DNA of 35,979 bases from a virus. The translations under genes were made by a program, and so were the position numbers. Of the stretch, positions 17,287 through 26,238 are shown piece by piece. The stretch is from positions 1 through 35,979 of the IMG/VR virus record IMGVR_UViG_3300023284_000837. One strand, 5' to 3'. Each line of letters starts with the position of its first letter. Within the stretch, counting starts at the first letter, position 1. The notes beneath the pieces are model-generated. The model made no database searches. It saw nothing but the letters and a program-made list of their open reading frames with translations, and was not told the origin of the DNA.

Positions 17287-18662
17287 TACTTCAAATTAAA
17301 TAGTTTTTTAATTGTTTTGTCGGCCAAGCCTTTTCCGTACATGGATACGAGCTTTTTAAACATGGAGGTGTTTTTAACGTCGTTTGGCAAGTCGTCGTTG
17401 TTTAAATCATCATTGCCCGGATTTGTCTGTATTTCCACCTCGGCCACTTCAACGGGGATACCGATATGCTCGATAACATAGTCAATATCGACTTTGAAAC
17501 CGGCACTTTTCAGTTTGCCCAAGAGCTCGACCAGTTGGGTTTTTGACAATATCTCGGAATCATCCCATTTAAAACGATGGTTTTCGGTTATGGCCATCCC
17601 TAGGCCGACCATTTTAGGTATTACCTGTTCGTTTATCCATTCGGCTATAATCCGTTGATAACTAACGATAAAAGCGTTCGTATTCCTTTCGTGCACCTCG
17701 CCCTGTGAACGGCTAGAGCCATCTTCCAAAACCATTGTAGAGCCAACAATCGCTTTACTCATACCCTTGTTGCACCACTCTAAAAAGTCTTTAAATGTTG
17801 AGCTATTCGCCGCGGCGACCCCATTATGAAAAGTGACTTCATCATCTTCGTGAATAACGGACCAAGCCGCCGCGGTCATGGTTTTCATTGCGGTAATTGC
17901 GTTTCCCATTCTTGTGCTATCAGCCAAATTAGTTTTCATAACACGGAAAGGAATCCCGAAAATCTCGTTGAACATGGCCCAGAATTGGATATTTTCCCGC
18001 TTCAATATAAAGAGCTTTGCGCATTTATTGAACTTACCGAGCTTGTATTGATCCAAAGGCAATTGTGGAAACATAAAGACGGTCCAGGGAAATATCGATT
18101 TATCGGCGAAAAGAATGTCCGGGCTATCGTTGTTGTCCTGGTAACGGATACCGGCGAGCAAAGGCAATATGTGACGACGTGGTATCAATTTTGTCCCCGA
18201 ATAGGCCCCATTGGCAATACCGGTAAATTGAATCCCGTTAAACCCATGGAAAATGGTATCCAAGGCCATTGCAACGTATTGAGAAAACCAGGGCCGCGCA
18301 AAAAGAGCCGTCGCGTCGACATCTTCTGTTCCGTCCGGGCCGGTTATCAAAAACCCGTTTGAAATCATATTATTAAAAATGGTGTCGCCCAAAGCCGTGA
18401 TATGCTCGTCAATTTCCATTTGTTCGTATAAATCGAGTAGATCCTCGCGGTCGTACCTTAACGGGTCGATTGCATCTTCATAGGCCGTTTGCCATTGACT
18501 TAAACTATACCTAACAACGTTTGCTATCTCCAAGGTCAGTTTTTGAAAGATATCGGCGCCAGGCGCAACCTTTTCGGTTTGATCACGTAATTGCTTTAAC
18601 AGCAAATCAATTGCTTGGTAAGGGTTTTCTACCTTTTTATTTATCTGTGAAATGGCATCCAT
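17286..18662 (-). CDS. Portal protein, Mu gp29-like (DUF935)
   Basis: 458 aa. FWAMFNEIFGIPFRVMKT...MSKAIVGSTMVLEDGSSRSQGEVHERN fits the DUF935 portal pattern. Lies downstream of TerL. Confidence 0.8.
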   Translation of the reverse strand: MDAISQINKKVENPYQAIDLLLKQLRDQTEKVAPGADIFQKLTLEIANVVRYSLSQWQTAYEDAIDPLRYDREDLLDLYEQMEIDEHITALGDTIFNNMISNGFLITGPDGTEDVDATALFARPWFSQYVAMALDTIFHGFNGIQFTGIANGAYSGTKLIPRRHILPLLAGIRYQDNNDSPDILFADKSIFPWTVFMFPQLPLDQYKLGKFNKCAKLFILKRENIQFWAMFNEIFGIPFRVMKTNLADSTRMGNAITAMKTMTAAAWSVIHEDDEVTFHNGVAAANSSTFKDFLEWCNKGMSKAIVGSTMVLEDGSSRSQGEVHERNTNAFIVSYQRIIAEWINEQVIPKMVGLGMAITENHRFKWDDSEILSKTQLVELLGKLKSAGFKVDIDYVIEHIGIPVEVAEVEIQTNPGNDDLNNDDLPNDVKNTSMFKKLVSMYGKGLADKTIKKLFNLK

Positions 18663-19258
18663 TATATTGCAGTATTACGATTAACAACGTCCTCTTGAAC
18701 GCCGAAAGCTATATTATTACCTGTTTGATCCGTGCCGTCCGCAACGGCTGGAAGTAGTGGCGTCGTCGTCTGGACAATCCCCCTTTGAATATTCTTAAGA
18801 TACCCAATAACCCCGCCGGTCTGCTTAACGTCGCCACCGTCGTAACGGATTTGCAACCAGTTAGGTATTTCCGAGCCGTTCAAACGGGTATAGTTCTCAT
18901 AAAGGAGAATTATTATCCCAACAATTATCATTTTTGGATTTCGTTCGTCCTTTGGAATCCAAAAAGCGGTATTTGTGATCGCGGTGGACGGCGGTACGTC
19001 CTGGATGGCCGTATAATGTGCCTGGTCGGCCCCCGTCTGTACTATGACCCGGTCACCTAAATTGTATGTATTTGCAAGCACAAAAATAGGATAATCGAAT
19101 TCCGCCGATACGTCGTACCTACTCCGCAAATAAGAGCTCATTTCTTCAACGGACGAGGGCTCCGCGCCTATCCATACCGTATCATCCGTATCAGTAAGTT
19201 TGTCAAGATCCGTCAAGGTGATTACGCTTTTAAAATCATTCTTAATTAAATACCCCAT
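18662..19258 (-). CDS. Head-tail connector candidate, Mu gp36-like (DUF1320-like)
   Basis: I prefer the ATG at 19258 because the track start at 19276 is TTG. N-terminal ...LTDLDKLTDTDD...EEMSSYLRSRYDV and the later ...ERNPKMI...YENYTRL pattern resemble DUF1320. Confidence 0.4.
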   Translation of the reverse strand: MGYLIKNDFKSVITLTDLDKLTDTDDTVWIGAEPSSVEEMSSYLRSRYDVSAEFDYPIFVLANTYNLGDRVIVQTGADQAHYTAIQDVPPSTAITNTAFWIPKDERNPKMIIVGIIILLYENYTRLNGSEIPNWLQIRYDGGDVKQTGGVIGYLKNIQRGIVQTTTPLLPAVADGTDQTGNNIAFGVQEDVVNRNTAI

Positions 19259-19282
19259 AACACAAAATTTAAACAAATATAA

Positions 19283-20725
19283 TTAAATCCCGCCGCGAAT
19301 AATCGTATTGGGTTGGGCAATATGATATTTTTGAGGGTCAGAAAACCGATTAATAAACCTCGTATACTCGCTATAGAAGCACTTTATAATAAAATATCGC
19401 TTCGTATCGCTAAGGTGACCATTTTTTTCATAGGATATTTGTGTAGTCGGGTCTTTTACCCGTTGTTTCAGTACCCCGCCGTCCTTGTCCTCCTTAGTTT
19501 CAATATAATCTGAAATGGATTCTTTACACGTTTCATTGATGGTAATGCCCAGACCAAAAATACCCCGTTCATAAATTTCGTTGATAAATTCCCCCGTCGA
19601 GGCCACCGGAGGCGCCTTTCTGAACATGCGCTTTTGAACGGTGTACCGTTTTCCTATCTGGTCGGTAAATTTGTCCAGAAAAGATTTTTTGTCGTCGTCG
19701 ATAGTGTTCCTGGCCCTGGTAGTCGGATCTCCGTATATGTAGACCTTTGCCATGGAATAGCCTAGGCGCTTAAGATATCGCAAAACCTCACGTCCCGACG
19801 AGGTGGCGGTGTTTTTAGGATCCTTGGCGCAAATTTCATGGATCTGGTGAATGTCCCATCCCTCATCCGTCCGGAATATTTGCCATACCGTTATGGAAAT
19901 ATAGGGCCAAACGTTATTATCTACTGAAAGATGGATCACTTCTTCCATATCGGTCCGGAGCGGTCCTACGTGATCCTCTAGCTCGAAAGACTTCCAAAAC
20001 TCGCCGCCGGTCTTTAATTGAACGTCCCAATTTCCCAAAACAAACACCTCATACGCATACCTCGAGAGCGTTTTAAGTGAGTTTTTGTAAGCCTCTGGAA
20101 TATGGGGGTTATCAAATATTGTAGAGGGTATATATCGCATGTGAGCCGTTAGATTACCGGTTTTCCATGGTGTATAAACGAGTTCTTTGACAAATCCCTG
20201 GGTCGGATTGCAAGTTGCCATTATAAGCGGTGGGGGCTGTTCATTCGTCGGTATGCCTAAAATAATATGTGACCCGGCGCGCTCGATGGCCTTTTCGTAG
20301 CTGACTTTTTGGAGTTCGTTCATTTCTTCGAGCAAAAAGCCGTTTACCTCGAGTCCCTTCCATCGGTTGAGGTCTTTATCCTTGTCGTAATTTTCGGCAA
20401 AAAAGATGATTTGTGACCCGTTAAAAAATGTAACGGTCATGGTTTCCCCGTTGTAGGATTTTATAACATTGCTAGGCTTTATTTTGTTCCAAGCGGGTAA
20501 AGTGTTCCGCTTTAACGTCATTCCGTCTTTCCTGACAACGGCCCAACGTGACCCGGGATAGGCTAAGGAGAGTAATATAAGTGCACCCAATCCGGCAAAG
20601 GTCTTTCCGCCCCGTATTGCACCCCCATATAGAATAAAGGTGAATTGTGGGTCGAAAACCGCCTCGAGAAATTCATCTTGCTTGGGGAATGAATCGAATA
20701 ATACGACCTCGTTCTCATTGTTCAT
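19283..20725 (-). CDS. terL: Terminase large subunit
   Basis: 480 aa. Walker A-like YGGAIRGGKTF and a typical ATPase plus nuclease length. TerS lies upstream. Confidence 0.9.
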   Translation of the reverse strand: MNNENEVVLFDSFPKQDEFLEAVFDPQFTFILYGGAIRGGKTFAGLGALILLSLAYPGSRWAVVRKDGMTLKRNTLPAWNKIKPSNVIKSYNGETMTVTFFNGSQIIFFAENYDKDKDLNRWKGLEVNGFLLEEMNELQKVSYEKAIERAGSHIILGIPTNEQPPPLIMATCNPTQGFVKELVYTPWKTGNLTAHMRYIPSTIFDNPHIPEAYKNSLKTLSRYAYEVFVLGNWDVQLKTGGEFWKSFELEDHVGPLRTDMEEVIHLSVDNNVWPYISITVWQIFRTDEGWDIHQIHEICAKDPKNTATSSGREVLRYLKRLGYSMAKVYIYGDPTTRARNTIDDDKKSFLDKFTDQIGKRYTVQKRMFRKAPPVASTGEFINEIYERGIFGLGITINETCKESISDYIETKEDKDGGVLKQRVKDPTTQISYEKNGHLSDTKRYFIIKCFYSEYTRFINRFSDPQKYHIAQPNTIIRGGI

Positions 20726-20879
20726 TAGATTTGAGTTCTAGATCTGCGGTGGTATATATCTCATACTTGCCGTTCTCGTATGCAAAACCCCAAATCCCTT
20801 GCGGCCCACCAATATAAGCGAACCTCCGGGCTCCGGTGGATTCCGCGAATTTTTCGGCGTTGGGATCAGTCTTTTTCAT
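20715..20879 (-). CDS. Small hypothetical protein (54 aa from the ATG at 20879)
   Basis: The track ORF starts at a TTG (20909). The first ATG gives MKKTDPNAEKF.... Overlaps the TerL start. Confidence 0.4.
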   Translation of the reverse strand: MKKTDPNAEKFAESTGARRFAYIGGPQGIWGFAYENGKYEIYTTADLELKSNEQ

Positions 20880-21042
20880 AAAGGTTGTGGATATACATGA
20901 TCGGGCCAAAAAATACCGCTAACAACGAAGTGACCGCGGCCTGGTAAACAGATCGGTTATTTTTTTGGGTTTCTTCATGAAATACCCATCCGGCCATAAA
21001 GACCCCGACCACCAAATAAATACATACAAAATAAACTATCAT
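20863..21042 (-). CDS. Small two-TMD membrane protein (59 aa), absent from the ORF track
   Basis: MIVYFVCIYLVVGVFMAGWVFHEETQKNNRSVYQAAVTSLLAVFFGPIMYIHNLYEKD. ATGA overlap with the TerS stop. Confidence 0.5.
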
Positions 21043-21569
21043 CCTATTTCGATTGTTTGCCCTCCGATTTTAAATACCTGTTTTGCGACCGATACCTCGA
21101 CTTTGTTCTTAAGGCCGATTTCCGCGGACACTATGTTCGCATTATAGGCCCCTACCATTGCACCCTCAAGTTTTTGAGTCCTTATTATATTGCCTACGCG
21201 CGTAATGACCTCCGAAAACTCATCATAAGGACGTTTCCCGGCGTCGTTTTTCTTATTGGCTTTATAGTCCTCTAGTTTTGCAATAACGCCCTTAGAGCAA
21301 AGGTATTCGTCAAATCCGCCCCAAAGATAGGGGCGCGAGGTAGGGACTTCGCACTTTTCGTTAAATGGGCCTTTAAATTCTATTTTTACCCATGGGGTTT
21401 CACAACAATCCTGAAAATAATCGCAAGCATGTTCCCAAAGCTCTTGGGGGGATTTAAGTTTCTTTGGGCGCCCCCCTGGACCGTTCTTTTTCTGTTCCTT
21501 CCAGTAATCCCCGTGGGAATATATGTCCTCTCCTTCTTCAAATATATTGGGTGTATGTCGCCGTTTCAT
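21039..21569 (-). CDS. terS: Terminase small subunit
   Basis: 176 aa. GRPKKLKSPQELWEHACDYFQDC...PYLWGGFDEYL... is the typical N-terminal HTH pattern of this TerS family. Confidence 0.75.
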   Translation of the reverse strand: MKRRHTPNIFEEGEDIYSHGDYWKEQKKNGPGGRPKKLKSPQELWEHACDYFQDCCETPWVKIEFKGPFNEKCEVPTSRPYLWGGFDEYLCSKGVIAKLEDYKANKKNDAGKRPYDEFSEVITRVGNIIRTQKLEGAMVGAYNANIVSAEIGLKNKVEVSVAKQVFKIGGQTIEIG

Positions 21570-21588
21570 TTCGAAATATGAATATTAA

Positions 21589-22956
21589 TTATTGTTGCCC
21601 CCTAAAATGCTGAAATGTTTCATCTAAATCCGTGTATCCGTCACCATCTTCATCACCATTCGGGTCATTAGTTGTGGTAATATTGCCCCATATAGCAATT
21701 TCGGCAACATCCCACATTTTATCCGCATCCGCATCCGTGAAAACGGTTCCCGCGGTCAATGTTGGTAAGCCTGTGGTCTGGGACTCCATAGTCACGAAGG
21801 CCCCGGTAGTGCCATTCACAACGTCCGCTATCATGTGAGCGTCCAAAGCGTCGACCCCTTCCATTCTCGCGCGCGCTCCCGAAAAGGTCAGTACGCTATC
21901 CTGTACGACCGCATTTGCCAGTGCAATATATCCAGAACTAAGAACCGGCGTTGAGCTTTCCGCCTGATCATTGTATCGACCGCCGACCCCGTCCGCGTCC
22001 CCGCCGTTGAACGTATTATCGTCAACAAACCAATTCGTCCCTGCCCCGCTGTTGATGTCCGGGTCACAATTATTTAGACACCCTTGTAGCTTAATGACTT
22101 CTAAAGCTGTTGACGGGCCATCCAAATAAATATTCCCTATAATATCATGAGTATTCAGCACCGTTGGATGGGTGCCAAATTCAAAATTATAGACAACGTT
22201 ATTAGCAAACTCGAATGAGCTTGTCTCGGTCGATGGATGAATGTTTCTATCTTGTTGGTTTGCAAAAAGATTTCTTAGAAAAGAAAACTTAGTGGTTTCA
22301 TGAAACATTAACATTCCCTTGTCGTTAAAACTTTCTGATATTATTGAATTCGATATCGTAACTCTGGTAATGCCGTCATTACCACGACCGCCGCCAGCCC
22401 CGAAATTTTCATCCGCCCCCCAACTAAAAGTGCATTGGTCAAATATGAAATCAGACATTATACCGTTAGTGTTGGTTTGGTTAAGCCGTAAAGCGTCGTC
22501 GGAGGACGTATCGCCCCCCCGGAATCTAATTTCAGTAATTATTACATTGCTACAATCATTAAACTGTACCGATTTACCATAAATAGCAATTCCATCACCG
22601 GGAGCAGTTTCCCCGGCTATGGTTAGATTTCCTTCGGTAACGACTATAGGCGATAATAGTGTGATCGTTCCCCCTGTAGTGGCGAAAACAACGGTTCGAT
22701 CCCCCACGGTTGTAAGCGCTGTTCTAAAGCTCCCGGATCCGCTATCGTTTAAATTGGTAACCTCAAGAACAACACCGCCGCGCCCGCCCGTAGCGTTCTT
22801 GCCATGACCCTCAGCGCCCGGAAAGGCCAAAAGCTCAACCGGTGGATTTGGCGTTATAGATGTAGTATCTTGAGCCGCAACAACTCCTATAAATATACTT
22901 TGCGCCGAAATTGAACCGGCCAACAAAAAAGCTAATACTAATAGTGCTTTTCTCAT
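21589..22956 (-). CDS. Secreted pectate lyase-like enzyme (PL1-type beta-helix) with a C-terminal Ca-binding repeat
   Basis: 455 aa. Signal peptide MRKALLVLAFLLAGSISAQ. GGRGGVVLEVTNLNDSGSGSFRTAL...LTIAGETAPGDGIAIYG...DDALRL...FDQCTFSWGADEN...QQDRN...ANNVVYNF fits PL1 pectate lyases. DPNGDEDGDGYTDLDE is thrombospondin type 3-like. Confidence 0.7.
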   Translation of the reverse strand: MRKALLVLAFLLAGSISAQSIFIGVVAAQDTTSITPNPPVELLAFPGAEGHGKNATGGRGGVVLEVTNLNDSGSGSFRTALTTVGDRTVVFATTGGTITLLSPIVVTEGNLTIAGETAPGDGIAIYGKSVQFNDCSNVIITEIRFRGGDTSSDDALRLNQTNTNGIMSDFIFDQCTFSWGADENFGAGGGRGNDGITRVTISNSIISESFNDKGMLMFHETTKFSFLRNLFANQQDRNIHPSTETSSFEFANNVVYNFEFGTHPTVLNTHDIIGNIYLDGPSTALEVIKLQGCLNNCDPDINSGAGTNWFVDDNTFNGGDADGVGGRYNDQAESSTPVLSSGYIALANAVVQDSVLTFSGARARMEGVDALDAHMIADVVNGTTGAFVTMESQTTGLPTLTAGTVFTDADADKMWDVAEIAIWGNITTTNDPNGDEDGDGYTDLDETFQHFRGQQ

Positions 22957-22957
22957 T

Positions 22958-25252
22958 TTAGGGATTAATAGTTATTACTATGTCATCGAAACCAAATTGA
23001 TCCCCCGCATCGGAAGAAGTTGTGCCAACAACCCTCATTAAAGGGTCGTCCTGTGTGGCCACGCCATTAAAAGTGTGCTCAGTATATGACCCTATGGACG
23101 ATATACTCGGGAAATCATCTGCGACAAACCCATCTGCAATCCTAAGTCCGGCCTGCCAATTTGTACCCACTATTTCTTGGAGATAGACAACAACGGTAAT
23201 ATCGTCCCCATTTTTCACACCTGTGAGCTCTATAAATCCAATCGTATTGGCATTCACGCCATTATTATGCTCGTAGACTAAAGAGACGGCCCCATCTTGC
23301 GGACTTGGAGAGCTCGAAACAGAAGCCCAAAACCCCGGAAATGAACCATCGAAAGACGTTCCGTTCGTACCATTTATTTCATTAATTGGATCCGCTGCAT
23401 TATCGCCTTGATAGACCGGAATGATATAACTTTCCGAGGCTCCCAAAAATTTCCAATTACTCCCGTTTTTAGCTGCGGTGGAAAATCTAAGCAAGAGGGC
23501 GTCCCCTATACCTGTAGTCCTTAAGGTGCTGCCTGAAATCCAATCCGGGAAATTAAACTCTATTACCCCGACCCCCGTTTGCTGAAATGAAAAGTTATCG
23601 CCATCCGAATAGCTGCCCGTTGGGGTTGATATTACAATCCTTGCCGCGTTATTCATTTCCTTTATTTTGAACAAATCCGTGGCAACGGGCGTATAAGTCG
23701 TCGCGGTGATTTCTTCATCTGTGATTATTTTCTCGGCCTTTTTCTCTACTTCATCAAAAAAAGCATTCTTTGTCAAAGTCTCTAAATTACCATCCCACCC
23801 CACCGCAAAAGGGTCGTCGGGAACCCTCAACGGACTTTCTGAGGCCGTATATCCCACCCCTCCGGGCAAAGCCTCAAAAGCATTAAGATATAGCGCATCA
23901 TCATTATTTCCGCCCAATCTTGCAATCTCGGTTCCTTCCTGCCTAAACGATAGCTCTCCGGCGGATGAGGTATTGATTATCCTTGGTATGGCTGTGATAG
24001 TTTGGTCTGCCCCGGCGAGTACATCGCTTGTAAATGCAACTATTCCGTTTGCATCTTTAAGTGTATATTGCCTAACTGCTGTATTGGTTTGAACAAAAGC
24101 AGCCCCGGCGTTCGCTGCTTGGGTTTTGTGTTTCCAGTTCAAATTTCCGTCCCGCATCCAAAGAAAGTCCCTGTTATTATCAAGTACGGGGAAAAAATCC
24201 AAAGTTGTTTGTTCCCAACCTATTGGGGTTGGTCTTGTGTCGGTCCTTTCGTCTAAAAGTAAACTGGTTTCAAAATTTTGTTGATTTACCCATGTTTTTA
24301 CGCCCGAAACTGTTTGGGCGGTAGTCAAATCAACAAAATTACCGGCGGCGGCGTCGGATTGCGCCCAAATTACCGCGGCCTCGGCATTATCATCGATTAG
24401 GGTTCCGGAGTCGTCAACCGTTACCGGAATAGTCCACCATCCCGTATTGTCCGTCGGTGTTCCGGAAATAGTCCCTAACAAAAATTTGTCCCCGGTATTT
24501 CTTTGTTGAAAATACAAGATATCGCCGGTTTTGAAAATCCCTAAAATATTGTCTATAACGGCCCCGTTATTGGTTGTCGAGCTCAAATATATTTCTGTCA
24601 CGGATGCCGGAGTGCTGTTGTTGAATCTCATGTTTTTAGCGCCGGGATCCGCCGTGATAGTAATCGTGCTGAATTTCCATGAGCTTTGCAGGGATGTTCC
24701 CCCGCCGAGATAATTGGCATCCCCAAAGGCTTTGGTCAGTATATCATTCGGGTTTGCGGGTGTTCCGCTGTTATTGAAGATATACAAATCATTTGAAGCC
24801 CCTAAAAATGTCGCCGTTGTCCCTACCGCCAAGTGATCACCGGAAATATTAACAAAATTCCAAAAAGCCCCGCCGCCTTGTTTTTCTAATGAGAATCGTA
24901 TAAAGTTCCCGACAAGCCAAGGATTGCCCCCGTCCCCGAATCTGGAATTATCATCTATTGGCAAAATATCATTAACGTTTGTCAAGTTATTATTGTTCAT
25001 GTTGAAGCTTGCGGCCATGGGTATGGTGCCGTCAGATTTCAAGTCGCCCAAACCCTGGATAACCCCAGACAAAGGAATCTGTTTTATTTTGTTCCCGTCG
25101 CTTATGTCCCGAATAAGGATTTGAGCGGTCGGAGATACCACTCCAAGGTTCACAATCTCGAGTTTTACCTCGGTACTGTGTTTATAAGTTTGTCCAATGG
25201 CAAAAAATCCAATGGCAAAAAATAAGACAAATAATAGGTGTTTTTTCATCAT
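22958..25252 (-). CDS. Large tail fibre / receptor-binding-like protein with an N-terminal signal-peptide-like segment and a C-terminal carbohydrate-binding-like domain
   Basis: MMKKHLLFVLFFAIGFFAIGQ at the N-terminus; an alternative ATG lies at 25285. Fibre-type motifs FNMNNNNLTNVNDI and DLTTAQTVSGVKTW. The C-terminal jelly-roll-like tail ends ...FGFDDIVITINP. Confidence 0.55.
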   Translation of the reverse strand: MMKKHLLFVLFFAIGFFAIGQTYKHSTEVKLEIVNLGVVSPTAQILIRDISDGNKIKQIPLSGVIQGLGDLKSDGTIPMAASFNMNNNNLTNVNDILPIDDNSRFGDGGNPWLVGNFIRFSLEKQGGGAFWNFVNISGDHLAVGTTATFLGASNDLYIFNNSGTPANPNDILTKAFGDANYLGGGTSLQSSWKFSTITITADPGAKNMRFNNSTPASVTEIYLSSTTNNGAVIDNILGIFKTGDILYFQQRNTGDKFLLGTISGTPTDNTGWWTIPVTVDDSGTLIDDNAEAAVIWAQSDAAAGNFVDLTTAQTVSGVKTWVNQQNFETSLLLDERTDTRPTPIGWEQTTLDFFPVLDNNRDFLWMRDGNLNWKHKTQAANAGAAFVQTNTAVRQYTLKDANGIVAFTSDVLAGADQTITAIPRIINTSSAGELSFRQEGTEIARLGGNNDDALYLNAFEALPGGVGYTASESPLRVPDDPFAVGWDGNLETLTKNAFFDEVEKKAEKIITDEEITATTYTPVATDLFKIKEMNNAARIVISTPTGSYSDGDNFSFQQTGVGVIEFNFPDWISGSTLRTTGIGDALLLRFSTAAKNGSNWKFLGASESYIIPVYQGDNAADPINEINGTNGTSFDGSFPGFWASVSSSPSPQDGAVSLVYEHNNGVNANTIGFIELTGVKNGDDITVVVYLQEIVGTNWQAGLRIADGFVADDFPSISSIGSYTEHTFNGVATQDDPLMRVVGTTSSDAGDQFGFDDIVITINP

Positions 25253-25259
25253 TTTTATT

Positions 25260-25580
25260 TTAGAATTCAGTAGAGTCCAACACATTATAAGAGGCTATAT
25301 CCCCAGGGGATCCGGCAACATATATGGCTAGTTTAATAAAAAGCGTTGAGGTAAACCACCCTGCAATGGCGTCCCCTGGCTCCAATATATTTATATCGGG
25401 GTTGCCGATAGCCTTGAAAACCTGTAAAGTGCTTTCCTGGACCACCCGGGCCAATGTAAATAATTTGGCCTCATTGTCATTAATGGATTTACCGCCAACC
25501 CTTAACGGGTCACCCAATCCGGTATTAGCCGCCGGAGATAAATCTATCGGAACCAATGTTGTTAAAACTAGTATTAGCAT
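25260..25580 (-). CDS. Fibre or baseplate-associated small protein
   Basis: 106 aa. NTGLGDPLRVGGKSINDNEAKLF resembles the GDxLR...KxNxNF motif at the N-termini of many phage fibre proteins. Confidence 0.4.
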   Translation of the reverse strand: MLILVLTTLVPIDLSPAANTGLGDPLRVGGKSINDNEAKLFTLARVVQESTLQVFKAIGNPDINILEPGDAIAGWFTSTLFIKLAIYVAGSPGDIASYNVLDSTEF

Positions 25581-25589
25581 AATAATAAA

Positions 25590-25904
25590 TTAAACGTTAG
25601 GATTATTGTCAAAAGTTATATCGGTACGGTCCCATGTGATATTGGTTGAGTCGAATGTCAGCGGTTCACTGCCTAAAGATACAATTGCCCCGTTTTGCAC
25701 TATAAGGCCGCTAAGGGAAAAAAAGTTTTTCGTTTCTGCATTTCCCAATCCGTCGTTATTGACCTGTAACACGTCTCCCGCTTCCAAAGGAGTGGACCAA
25801 GTCAGGTTGTTGTCCCTAATTACCTTACTAACAAAATTCAGGTCGCCGAAATGCTGTAAAGTGATATCAAATATATTTTGCCTGGCCCTCACTATAATTT
25901 CCAT
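25590..25904 (-). CDS. LysM-like tail protein (P2 gpX-like)
   Basis: 104 aa. ARQNIFDITLQHFGDLNFVSKVIRDNNLTWSTPLEAGDVLQV has the LysM-like spacing seen in tail protein X. Confidence 0.4.
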   Translation of the reverse strand: MEIIVRARQNIFDITLQHFGDLNFVSKVIRDNNLTWSTPLEAGDVLQVNNDGLGNAETKNFFSLSGLIVQNGAIVSLGSEPLTFDSTNITWDRTDITFDNNPNV

Positions 25905-25920
25905 ACTCCAAATATAATTA

Positions 25921-26238
25921 TTACATTCTTACCTTGGTCGATTTTATGGAAAGCTCTTGATTTCCGTCCTGGTCGGTATCTATTTCCAACGTAGTGACTT
26001 TATACCCGTCCCGGTCGTGTTCCTGTCTTATGGCCTTGGCCAATGCCCGACCGCTACTATCCGGGGCATTCATAAAATTTAATATGCCGACGCCCAATAC
26101 CGGAGCGGTTCTAAATTGTCCTTTTTGGGCGAAAGTAATATACATGCTGTTGTTATCGTCCGAGGGGCCAATGAAAATATCACCGCCCCGTATCTCAAGA
26201 TCCAACTCTATTAAAATATCATTTTGTATCATAATCAA
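25921..26238 (-). CDS. Baseplate protein candidate (in the gpW/gp25 position)
   Basis: 105-aa ORF coupled to the spike gene. Assigned by position and size only. Confidence 0.3.
   Translation of the reverse strand: MIMIQNDILIELDLEIRGGDIFIGPSDDNNSMYITFAQKGQFRTAPVLGVGILNFMNAPDSSGRALAKAIRQEHDRDGYKVTTLEIDTDQDGNQELSIKSTKVRM

Noticed and set aside
22958-25285. A diversity-generating retroelement targeting the C-terminal lectin-like domain of the fibre.
   Set aside because: There is no reverse transcriptase ORF anywhere in the genome, and I saw no template/variable repeat pair.
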